The notes under the pieces: generated by a model | Database searches by the model: none | What the model was told of the DNA's origin: nothing | What the model saw: only the letters and a program-made list of their open reading frames with translations | Made by a program: the position numbers and the translations under genes | NCBI GenBank assembly: GCA_949290055.1 | Contig: CASEQJ010000002.1 | Location: 38,010-102,009 of the forward strand | Origin: an uncultured Olsenella sp. | GTDB taxonomy: Bacteria > Actinomycetota > Coriobacteriia > Coriobacteriales > Atopobiaceae | Direction of reading: 5' to 3' | Length of the DNA: 64,000 bases | Shown here: piece by piece, positions 40,485-48,165 of the stretch | Layout of the letters: every line of letters starts with the position of its first letter | Numbering within the stretch: the stretch's first letter is position 1

Positions 40485-40541
40485 TAATATGCCTAAATGG
40501 GGTCCGACCCCTTTTAGGCAACCGAGCGGAAGAGGGCGGTA

Positions 40542-41504
40542 GTGGATCTGAGCCAGGCCATAGACTGCGCGAGCGCGCTGACGTTCCCGGGCTTTCTCAC
40601 CGACGACGCCTCGCTCGCGGCGGAGCGCACGCGCAACGAGGACGCGCTCGTCACGCTCATGGCGGCCTGGCGCGATGCCGAGCCTGGCAAGGAGCCCTGC
40701 GGCTACGACCTCATTCGCGAGCTCGCCGACCGCAACCGCGACCTCTGCGACCGCTACGGCATTGAGCGCCTGCGCGACGTGAGCCCGTCGTGTCTGTCGC
40801 GCGGCCTCACGAACGCCGAGCTCATTCATGCGGTCGCCGTGCTCCAGCACCGTAGCGACACCAAGGTGGCGGCGCTCGCCGGTCCGGACGCGCGCGACCT
40901 CAACGTGGCGTGGGTGGACGCGCCGGTCTCCGGCATGGTCGTGGGGATCGACATCGAGACCACCGACCGCGACCCCGCGCGCGGCTACATAATCAACGTC
41001 GGCCTCGAGTTCATGACCGTGGGGCCGGATGCCAAGCCGCACGACCCCTTTGCCGGCTACTTCGGCCTGCCCGAGATGTACGCCGAGAAGGGCGTGCCGC
41101 TCGCGGACATTCACAAGATCTCATGGTCCGACCTCGAGGGCCGGCGCCCGTTCCGCGAGGACAAGCAGGTCCAGGCCGCGCTTCTCGCCGCGCTCACGGC
41201 CTACCCGTTCATGGCGCACAACGCCGCCTTCGAGGACTCCTGGTTCACGCTGCACATCGACGGCTACGCCGAGGCGCGCAAGGCGGGTCGCGTGGTGCCC
41301 ATCGACACGCGCGACATCTGCCGCCGCGTGGACCCCGAGACCAAGACGCTGCCGCACGAGCAGCGACCCGCCTCGCTCGAGAGCTGGGCGCGCCGCCGCG
41401 GCACCCTCAAGGCGGGGGAGTCCGAGCGCCACCTCGGCCTCGACGACGTGGAGCTCATGCTCGCCACGGTCCAGGCGGAGTTTGCGACGCGCAACATGCT
41501 GTAG
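40542..41504 (+). CDS. DEDD-type 3'-5' exonuclease (DnaQ-like) with N-terminal extension
   Basis: Exo I VVGIDIETTD and Exo II FMAHNAAFEDSWF. The Exo III region has an H-x4-D-like context (HLGLDDVELM). Confidence 0.75.
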   Translation: MDLSQAIDCASALTFPGFLTDDASLAAERTRNEDALVTLMAAWRDAEPGKEPCGYDLIRELADRNRDLCDRYGIERLRDVSPSCLSRGLTNAELIHAVAVLQHRSDTKVAALAGPDARDLNVAWVDAPVSGMVVGIDIETTDRDPARGYIINVGLEFMTVGPDAKPHDPFAGYFGLPEMYAEKGVPLADIHKISWSDLEGRRPFREDKQVQAALLAALTAYPFMAHNAAFEDSWFTLHIDGYAEARKAGRVVPIDTRDICRRVDPETKTLPHEQRPASLESWARRRGTLKAGESERHLGLDDVELMLATVQAEFATRNML

Positions 41505-41607
41505 GGGCGCGGCCGCACGTCCTTCTCGCCAGCGCTCTTGTCACTATGAAAAAGCGGCGGGGCTCCGAGGGGCCCCGCCGCTGCCTTTGAGCTGCCGAGA
41601 AGAACGT

Positions 41608-42687
41608 CTACTCGTCGCCGAAGCTGATTCCGAGCGCCTTGGCCTCGCGCACGAGGTCGCCCTCGGGGTCGACGTACTTGAGCTTGCCGGCGACCTCCTT
41701 GAGCGGCACGCGGGTCATTTTCCCCTTGCGCTGCGCGACCATGAAGCCGAACTCGCCCTCGAGGCAGCCGAGCGCCGCCTCGACGCCGCACTGCGTGGCG
41801 AATATGCGGTCCTGGGCGTCGGGCTGGCCGCCGCGCTGGGTGTGGCCGGGCACGGCGATGCGGATCTCGCGGCCGGTGCGCTTGTCGATCTCTGCCGCGA
41901 TGTCGTAGGCGATCGACGGCGTGGTACGCGCGGCCACGAGCTTCTTGTACTCCTTCTTGGAGAGGGCGGCCTCCTCCTTGGAGATCGCGCCCTCGGCGAC
42001 GACCACGATCGTGAAGCGCGAGCCGGCCTTGTCGCGGTCCTCAATCACGCGCACGACGTTGTCCATGTCGTAGGGGATCTCGGGGATGAGGATGACGTCG
42101 GCGCCGCCGGCCACGCCCGCGTACAGCGGGATCCAGCCGACCTTGTGGCCCATGATCTCGATCACGAAGACGCGGCCGTGGGAGCTCGCGGTGGTGTGGA
42201 TCTCGTCGATGCAGCGGGTGGCCACCTCGACGGAGCTCGTGAAGCCAAAGGTGAGGTCGGTGCCAAAGGTATCGTTGTCGATCGTCTTGGGCAGGGCGAT
42301 GACGTTCAGGCCCTCCTGGGAGAGGCGGTTGGCCGTCTTGGTGGAGCCGTTGCCGCCGAGCATGAACAGGCAGTCGAGCTTGAGCTTGCGGTAGGTGTGC
42401 TTCATGGCCTCGACCTTGTTGATGCCGTCGGCCTCGGGGGTGTCGAGCAGCTTGAACGGGGTGCGGCTCGTGCCGAGCACGGTGCCGCCGCGCGTGAGCA
42501 GGCCGGAGAAGTCGCGGTTGTCCATCATGCGGTAGTGCTCGTAGATCAGGCCCTGGTAGCCGTCCTCGAAGCCGTAGACCTCGACGGGCTCGTCGGACTG
42601 ACGGTAGAGCGTCTTGACGATGCCGCGCATGGTTGCGTTGAGCGCCTGGCAGTCGCCGCCGCTCGTGAGAAGACCAACTCGAAGCAT
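41608..42687 (-). CDS. pfkA: 6-phosphofructokinase
   Basis: MLRVGLLTSGGDCQALNATMRGIV, ALPKTIDNDT and GHTQRGG motifs. Confidence 0.9.
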   Translation of the reverse strand: MLRVGLLTSGGDCQALNATMRGIVKTLYRQSDEPVEVYGFEDGYQGLIYEHYRMMDNRDFSGLLTRGGTVLGTSRTPFKLLDTPEADGINKVEAMKHTYRKLKLDCLFMLGGNGSTKTANRLSQEGLNVIALPKTIDNDTFGTDLTFGFTSSVEVATRCIDEIHTTASSHGRVFVIEIMGHKVGWIPLYAGVAGGADVILIPEIPYDMDNVVRVIEDRDKAGSRFTIVVVAEGAISKEEAALSKKEYKKLVAARTTPSIAYDIAAEIDKRTGREIRIAVPGHTQRGGQPDAQDRIFATQCGVEAALGCLEGEFGFMVAQRKGKMTRVPLKEVAGKLKYVDPEGDLVREAKALGISFGDE

Positions 42688-42868
42688 GGGTGTTTCCTTC
42701 CCTCAGGGCCACAGATAGGAAAAGTATGCGCCTGAATCGGTCGGGTGCGCGCGTTTCTCCGCAAACGGTATCGTTCTCAGGGTCTGACGCGGAACCCGCG
42801 TGCGTCTACGTGCGCATGCGGGCCCCTGCTTGTCTGCGTGGGGGCGCTGGCGTCGAGGCGCCTTTACT

Positions 42869-43023
42869 GGTTTTGGGGCGAAACTTTTATGCCCGTCCTA
42901 CGCTGCACGTTGTCTGCGGGTGGGGAGAAGACCTCGACCTGCGGAAACGTGTGCGTGCGCGCCCGAGGGTGGAACGAGTTTCGGCGGGAAGAAGGTTTTG
43001 TATAAATCGTTTGCCCCAAAACC
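42869..43023. repeat. Second copy of the GGTTTTGGGGCGAAA / TTTGCCCCAAAACC inverted-repeat bracket
   Basis: The arms are at 42869-42884 and 43008-43023. The flanks (CTTTnnGG... on the left, ...CCAnG..ATGCC on the right) also resemble 21505-21655. The interior is not similar. Confidence 0.7.
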
Positions 43024-43181
43024 AAGCAATGCCCCTTGGATTTTGCCTCGCTAGAAGCAAGCGGTGACCACCTAATGCAAAACCTGCCCAAACAAGGTCA
43101 AAAACTTTGAATCAACTCCCTCGCGGCACGCGCTCCGCCCTGCTACCATGGTCGAGGAGACTGACGAGACGGGGGGATCGC

Positions 43182-43601
43182 ATGACGCCGAGCGAGAGAC
43201 GCGAGGTTGCCGAGGCCGTGGCGGCCGGACGGCGTGCCCTAGCGAGCCTGGAGGAGGCTGCCGACGCGCTGGACAGCGCGAGCAACTGGGGCCTCTTTGA
43301 CATGGTGCTCGGCGGGCCGATCTCGAGCATGGTCAAGCACTGGCGTCTCGGCGGTGCCCGCGAGGCGCTCGATCGGGCCCGCGCCGACCTCCATGCGTTC
43401 ACGCGCGAGGTCAACGACGTGAGCGGCATAGAGTCGCTTCGCGTGGACGTAGGGGCCGTCGCCTCTGCGCTCGACGTCCTTGTGGACAACCCCTTCGTGG
43501 ATCTCTACGTGCAGAAGAAGATTCAGGACGCCGACGAGAACGTGCAGGCCGCGATTGCTGCGACGCGCACGGTGTTGGCCCGCCTGGAGGCCCTGCGGTA
43601 G
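43182..43601 (+). CDS. Hypothetical protein
   Basis: 139 aa starting MTPSERREVAEAVAAGRRALASLEEA. Helical composition. No recognised domain. Confidence 0.5.
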   Translation: MTPSERREVAEAVAAGRRALASLEEAADALDSASNWGLFDMVLGGPISSMVKHWRLGGAREALDRARADLHAFTREVNDVSGIESLRVDVGAVASALDVLVDNPFVDLYVQKKIQDADENVQAAIAATRTVLARLEALR

Positions 43602-43940
43602 CGGCTGGTCGGGCGCCTGGCTCCCGGTGCCGTAGCTCAAGGCACGTATCGGGCTCCGCTGTGTCACTTGAGGCCTCATCTGAGTGGCTGAATCTGGCTT
43701 GTGTGCACAGCGGCGCCAAACCGGACGACAAAATGCCTGTTGGCAAACGAGCCGCTTTAGTCTGTATCCCAAGTTGACGCTTCGAGGACCTCAGAAGGGG
43801 CTCAAAGTGACACAGGGGCCCCGCTCTGCCGCCTTTGAGTTCGGGCGCATATGTCACGCGACCGTAAACGCTTGCCCTCTCCCGCACGCTCAGGTCGTAG
43901 AATCAGCGCAGCGAGTTTTCAGGTTCAACAGGAGGGCAGT

Positions 43941-45242
43941 ATGCAGGAGATTCTCCACGCGCCCCACGAGCAGATCGAGCAGATCCAGCTCGAGGGCATC
44001 AAGAAGACCGTGATCGCGTGCTACGAGAACGTGCCGTTCTACAAGAAGAGCTTCGATGACGCCGGCTTTGACCCGTACTCGGTCAAGAGTCTCGACGACC
44101 TTCAGAAGGCGCCGTTCGTCACCAAGCAGGACCTGCGTGACAACTACCCCTACGGCATGTTTGCCACGCCGCTCTCCGAGGTGAAGGAGATCCACATGTC
44201 CTCCGGCACCACGGGCGTGGCGACGGTGGGCGGCTACACCCAGCACGACCTGGACATCTGGGGCGAGTGCTTCGCGCGCGGCATCGAGTACGCGGGCGGC
44301 GGCGCCGACGACGTCGTTCACGTCTGCTACGGCTACGGCCTCTTCACCGGCGGCCTGGGCGCGCACTACGGCGGCCTCTACTCCGGCGCCACCACGATTC
44401 CCATGTCCGCGGGCAACACCGAGCGCCAGATCCGCGTGCTCAAGGAGATGGGCTCCACGATCATCTGCTGCACGCCGAGCTACGCCATGCACATCGCCGA
44501 CACCGCCCTCGAGATGGGCATCGACCCGGCACGTGACTTCCACCTGCGCGCGGGCATCCACGGCGCCGAGCCCTTCAGCGACAACTTCCGTCGCGACCTG
44601 GAGCGCAAGCTCAACTACCACGTGCTCGACGTCTACGGCCTCACCGAGACCATGGGCCCGGGCGTGGCCATCGAGTGCTGGGAGCAAAACGGCCTGCACC
44701 TGGCCGAGGACCACTTCTACGCGGAGATCATCGACCCCAACACCGGCGAGGTCCTGCCCGACGGCGAGTGGGGCGAGCTCGTGCTCACCACCACCGACCG
44801 CGAGGCGTCGCCCGTGGTGCGCTACCGCACGCGCGACATCACGCGCATCCTGCCCGGCGAGTGCGCCTGCGGCTGCACCCACCGCCGCATTGACCGCATC
44901 CACGGCCGCACCGACGACATGCTCATAATCCGTGGCGTCAACGTCTTCCCGAGCCAGATCGAGGACGTCATGAAGACCTTCGACCAGATCTCGTCCTGGT
45001 ACCAGATCGAGGTCGACACCGACCACCGCTCGCTCGACATGGTCACCCTCAAGGCCGAGGTTAACCCCGGCTTCAACTTCGACTCCGTCGCCGCCGTCGA
45101 GCGCCTGCAGAAGGAGATGTCCGCGCGCCTCAAGACGGCCCTCTCCGTGGGCGTCAAGGTCAAGCTCGTCGAGCCCAAGACCATTGCGCGCAGCGAGGGC
45201 AAGGCCAAGCGCATTGTCGACCTGAGAAAGGGGATCCGCTGA
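43941..45242 (+). CDS. Phenylacetate-CoA ligase family (PaaK-like) adenylate-forming enzyme
   Basis: Starts MQEILHAPHEQIEQIQLEGIKKTVIACYENVPFYKKSFDDAGFDP. Contains the SSGTTG P-loop, YGLTE, and IRGVNVFPSQIEDV. A GGAGGG SD precedes ATG 43941. Confidence 0.85.
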   Translation: MQEILHAPHEQIEQIQLEGIKKTVIACYENVPFYKKSFDDAGFDPYSVKSLDDLQKAPFVTKQDLRDNYPYGMFATPLSEVKEIHMSSGTTGVATVGGYTQHDLDIWGECFARGIEYAGGGADDVVHVCYGYGLFTGGLGAHYGGLYSGATTIPMSAGNTERQIRVLKEMGSTIICCTPSYAMHIADTALEMGIDPARDFHLRAGIHGAEPFSDNFRRDLERKLNYHVLDVYGLTETMGPGVAIECWEQNGLHLAEDHFYAEIIDPNTGEVLPDGEWGELVLTTTDREASPVVRYRTRDITRILPGECACGCTHRRIDRIHGRTDDMLIIRGVNVFPSQIEDVMKTFDQISSWYQIEVDTDHRSLDMVTLKAEVNPGFNFDSVAAVERLQKEMSARLKTALSVGVKVKLVEPKTIARSEGKAKRIVDLRKGIR

Positions 45243-45670
45243 TGATTGACCAGATCACGGTTTTTCTGGAGAACGAGAAGGGCCGCATCGCGGCGCTCTG
45301 CCGCACCCTCGGCGACGCCAACATCAACATGGCGGCGCTCTCCGTGGCCGACACCACCGAGTACGGCATCGTCCGCATAATCTGCGGCGACACGAACGCC
45401 GCCCTCGCTGCGCTCGAGGCCGGCGGCTATCGCGCAATCAAGACCGAGGTCATGGCCATTGCCGTCCCGCACCAGCCGGGCGGCGCGGCCGACCTCCTCG
45501 AGAAGCTTGACGACCTCGACATCAACATCGAGTACTTCTACTGCTTCTCCACGACCGACGACCTCGCGATTCTTGCGCTCAAGATCGCCGACCCCGCGAG
45601 CGCCGCAGAGGCGAGCTGGGCCATTGAGAAGGCCGGCTTCCACGTCTTTGACCAGGACGAGGTCGAGTAG
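45242..45670 (+). CDS. ACT domain-containing protein (partner commonly found next to PaaK-like ligases)
   Basis: 142 aa with two ACT-like halves (ITVFLENEKGRIAALCRTLGDANINMAALSV...; VMAIAVPHQPGGAADLLEKLDDLDINIEY). Its start overlaps the upstream stop. Confidence 0.75.
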   Translation: MIDQITVFLENEKGRIAALCRTLGDANINMAALSVADTTEYGIVRIICGDTNAALAALEAGGYRAIKTEVMAIAVPHQPGGAADLLEKLDDLDINIEYFYCFSTTDDLAILALKIADPASAAEASWAIEKAGFHVFDQDEVE

Positions 45671-45700
45671 GGTCTCGCGCCACGACGATCTTTTTTGTCT

Positions 45701-45736
45701 GGGGCTGCCGCGTGATTGCGTGCGGCAGCCCCTTTT
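45701..45736 (+). terminator. Rho-independent terminator after the ACT gene
   Basis: GGGGCTGCCGC-loop-GCGGCAGCCCC followed by TTTT. Its 3' half is already part of repeat copy A. Confidence 0.75.
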
Positions 45737-45930
45737 CCTGTCGAGCGGGGGGCGAGTGGCGCCCGTTTTTCCCGCGAGTGGACAATTATGGAGATTCCCG
45801 TTTACTTCTGGCGGGGGAGCGGGCATACTAGCCAACGCACATTTCAGAAGGGCGCCCCCCGGCGCAGCCGAGCACATCACTTTTCAGGTTTCAGCGTGTA
45901 AGAGGTAAGGGCAAGAGACATGATCACCAA
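45722..45930 (+). repeat. Copy A of a ~210-bp duplicated non-coding leader module
   Basis: By manual alignment, the core 45790-45928 matches 49232-49370 at 129 of 139 positions without indels. A 64-nt run is identical (45861-45924 = 49303-49366). Weaker similarity extends back to 45722/49163. Confidence 0.9.
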
Positions 45931-46134
45931 CACCACCACCATATAAAACGTAATCAGTTTTCACTGTTGCCTTGGGGTGGCTCCATCTTGCGTGGACGCG
46001 CTGCTCCTTCGGCACCGGTGTGTGTTCTCGTGCGGTCCGTCGAGATCGTGGCGGACGTGCGTGCGAGGGAGGGATTCCCCAATGCGCCTGGGAAGCTATA
46101 AATTAGACACCAATCCTTCGAGAGGGGTGACGGT

Positions 46135-47796
46135 ATGGACAACGAGAAGACCGAGGCCGCGCAGGACGGAGCCGCAGAGCAGGGCGTCTCTCTGAGCAAA
46201 TTGCTCAAGCGCCTACGCGAGCAGGGAAGCATTGGCGCTGACGTCAAGTCGCCCGGGATGCACCTGATGCTCGCGGATGCCGGGCTCGTCGAGCGCGTCA
46301 CGGACGAGGAGGGCGCGAAGACCTGGCAGGTCACGGAGCTCGGCCGCAAGTGGGGCATCAGCCAGAGGCCCTCGACCGACGGGCACGGCTCGTACCCCGT
46401 GTACGATGAGCGCGGCGTCCGGAAGGTCCTTGAGCTCTTGTCGGCCGACGTCGACGGCTCGGCCTACGCTGCCGCCAGGGAGCGCGTCGCAGCCGCAGCC
46501 AAGCCCGACAAGCCCCGCTTCCCCGATTCCATCGACGACGGGAACGCGCTCTGTCGCCGCGGCGAGCGCCTCGTGCCCGACTTCGTCGAGCGCGCCGCGC
46601 CGCTCATTGGCCGCAACCTGAGCGCAGGGCCGGATCTCGACGCCCTTCCCAGCATGTCAAGTCTCTACGACCACGACCACGACCGTCCGGCCCTTCTCTT
46701 GTGCGCCAGGACGCCGTACTTCAAGGCCGGTTACTACGGCAGGGACAAGCGGGGTCGACTCCTCGAGAAGAAAAACGGCCCGTCCTGCACCGTCTCGCTT
46801 GACGCCAACCAGCTCAGGCGGGCCCGTGCGGCATATCCGGACAGCGATCTCTATGTCTATGTGCACTGGGAGCGCCTTGCCATGGGCGGCAGGCGCGTCG
46901 AGCCGCTCGAGGGCGTGTGGGTGGCACGCCTTGCCGACCTTGGGGACAAGGTCGATCAGGGCCTGCTCGCTCACTCCGGCCCCGTTGAGAGCAAGGTGCA
47001 CGACGGCGAAAGCCTTGACATTTACCTCATCAGCCTGCTCGACCCCGTCTTCACGGAGCTCTGGTCGCGCAGGGGCAAGGACGTCCTCGCCCCCATGGAG
47101 CCTGACGCGCCCGCCTCGTGCAAGCGGCTGATAGCGGAGGCGTCCATGGGAAGCCTCCGCGACGCCCTGTCCAAGGGGTGGGAGGTGCTCGAGAAGGGCG
47201 TACAGGAGATGGACTGCGACGAGAAGTGCGTCATCGCGCCGGACTTCTCGCCCAACGAGGGGGGCAATCAGGACAAGGCGAAGTACGACACGTCCCTCTC
47301 CCGTCTCTACTACTTCCTTCGCTACGGGTACGGCTATGCCTATGAGTACTACCTCATGTGGCGTGATCTGCTCGAAGACATGGACCGACAGAACCTTGGG
47401 AAGGAGAAGTTGGACGTCCTCTCGCTCGGGTGTGGCAACGGCGTCGACCTCTGGGCGCTCCGCTCTCTGTTGGCAGAGCGCGGAGAGTCCGACCGACTTA
47501 CGGGCTACGTGGGCGTTGATATTGCTGACTGGTCCGACCTCTGCTTCCCGCTCCCAGAGGGGGAGGGCTATCGGTATCGGTGGGGGTGCAGTGCCGCCGA
47601 TTACCTGGAGAGCGAAGAGGCGCGCAAGCACAGGTACCCCTGCGCGCGCGTCATCGTCCTCCCAAAGAGTCTCGGGGAGATGAGCGAGGACGAGATTAAG
47701 AGGGTTGGTGAGAGCATCTTCCAGTACAACGAGCACTGCTGGCATTACCTGTGCGTCTGCCCACCCCATGGCTACAAGGACAGGGAGGGAATCTGA
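46135..47796 (+). CDS. Hypothetical 553-aa multidomain protein with a C-terminal class-I SAM-methyltransferase-like motif
   Basis: A GAGAGGGG SD precedes the ATG. Motif I is LDVLSLGCGNGVDLWAL, followed by an acidic post-I residue (YVGVDIADW). The N-terminal ~100 aa look HTH-like, and the central ~250 aa are unrecognised. Confidence 0.7.
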   Translation: MDNEKTEAAQDGAAEQGVSLSKLLKRLREQGSIGADVKSPGMHLMLADAGLVERVTDEEGAKTWQVTELGRKWGISQRPSTDGHGSYPVYDERGVRKVLELLSADVDGSAYAAARERVAAAAKPDKPRFPDSIDDGNALCRRGERLVPDFVERAAPLIGRNLSAGPDLDALPSMSSLYDHDHDRPALLLCARTPYFKAGYYGRDKRGRLLEKKNGPSCTVSLDANQLRRARAAYPDSDLYVYVHWERLAMGGRRVEPLEGVWVARLADLGDKVDQGLLAHSGPVESKVHDGESLDIYLISLLDPVFTELWSRRGKDVLAPMEPDAPASCKRLIAEASMGSLRDALSKGWEVLEKGVQEMDCDEKCVIAPDFSPNEGGNQDKAKYDTSLSRLYYFLRYGYGYAYEYYLMWRDLLEDMDRQNLGKEKLDVLSLGCGNGVDLWALRSLLAERGESDRLTGYVGVDIADWSDLCFPLPEGEGYRYRWGCSAADYLESEEARKHRYPCARVIVLPKSLGEMSEDEIKRVGESIFQYNEHCWHYLCVCPPHGYKDREGI

Positions 47797-47811
47797 GACA
47801 ACGACCTTGCC

Positions 47812-48138
47812 ATGCGGGAGAGCGTTTCCCTCCTGCTCGAGCACGTGGGCCTCAGGGTTGGGGTCGACGACGCGATCAGGGGCGAGAAGCGCCGCGCGGA
47901 CAGGCGCATCTCCCAGCTCACCGACGAGGGCTGGTGGGGGCACCTGAGCATGGACGACGAGGATTGTCTCAAGCGGGTGCTGGGCGAGGAACTTCCCCCA
48001 TGCTGCCCGTATCACGGGGCGACGACGTGCACGTGGAAGGAGCGCGAGAAGAAGGTGCGCTGCCCGATCGAGAAGAGCCCCATCCTGCGCGGCTGGTTCC
48101 CCTGCTACCGCGTCTACTATCTCGACGGCCTGTGCTAG
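47812..48138 (+). CDS. Hypothetical Cys-rich small protein (108 aa)
   Basis: The C-terminal half reads CCPYHGATTCTWKEREKKVRCPIEKSPILRGWFPCYRVYYLDGLC (7 Cys). It starts 15 nt after the upstream stop. The SD is weak. Confidence 0.5.
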   Translation: MRESVSLLLEHVGLRVGVDDAIRGEKRRADRRISQLTDEGWWGHLSMDDEDCLKRVLGEELPPCCPYHGATTCTWKEREKKVRCPIEKSPILRGWFPCYRVYYLDGLC

Positions 48139-48165
48139 CAGCGCGCCCGCGCGAAAGGAGCGACC

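Noticed and set aside
45716-45901. Conserved ~60-aa ORFs inside both leader copies (45716-45901 and 49161-49343 on the plus strand; also the MMCSAAPGGALL… frames on the minus strand).
   Set aside because: The 10 substitutions between the two copies change amino acids in every frame (for example GHTSQRTFQKG versus GHTIHRVIQKG). There is no SD and the composition is odd. Conservation is therefore at the nucleotide level, not the protein level.
45920-45946. Thr-rich mini-ORF (MITNTTTI) as a classical amino-acid (threonine) attenuator leader peptide.
   Set aside because: Copy B encodes MITKESIF with no Thr run, and the downstream genes are not amino-acid biosynthetic. Only the presence, length and first three codons of the uORF are shared.
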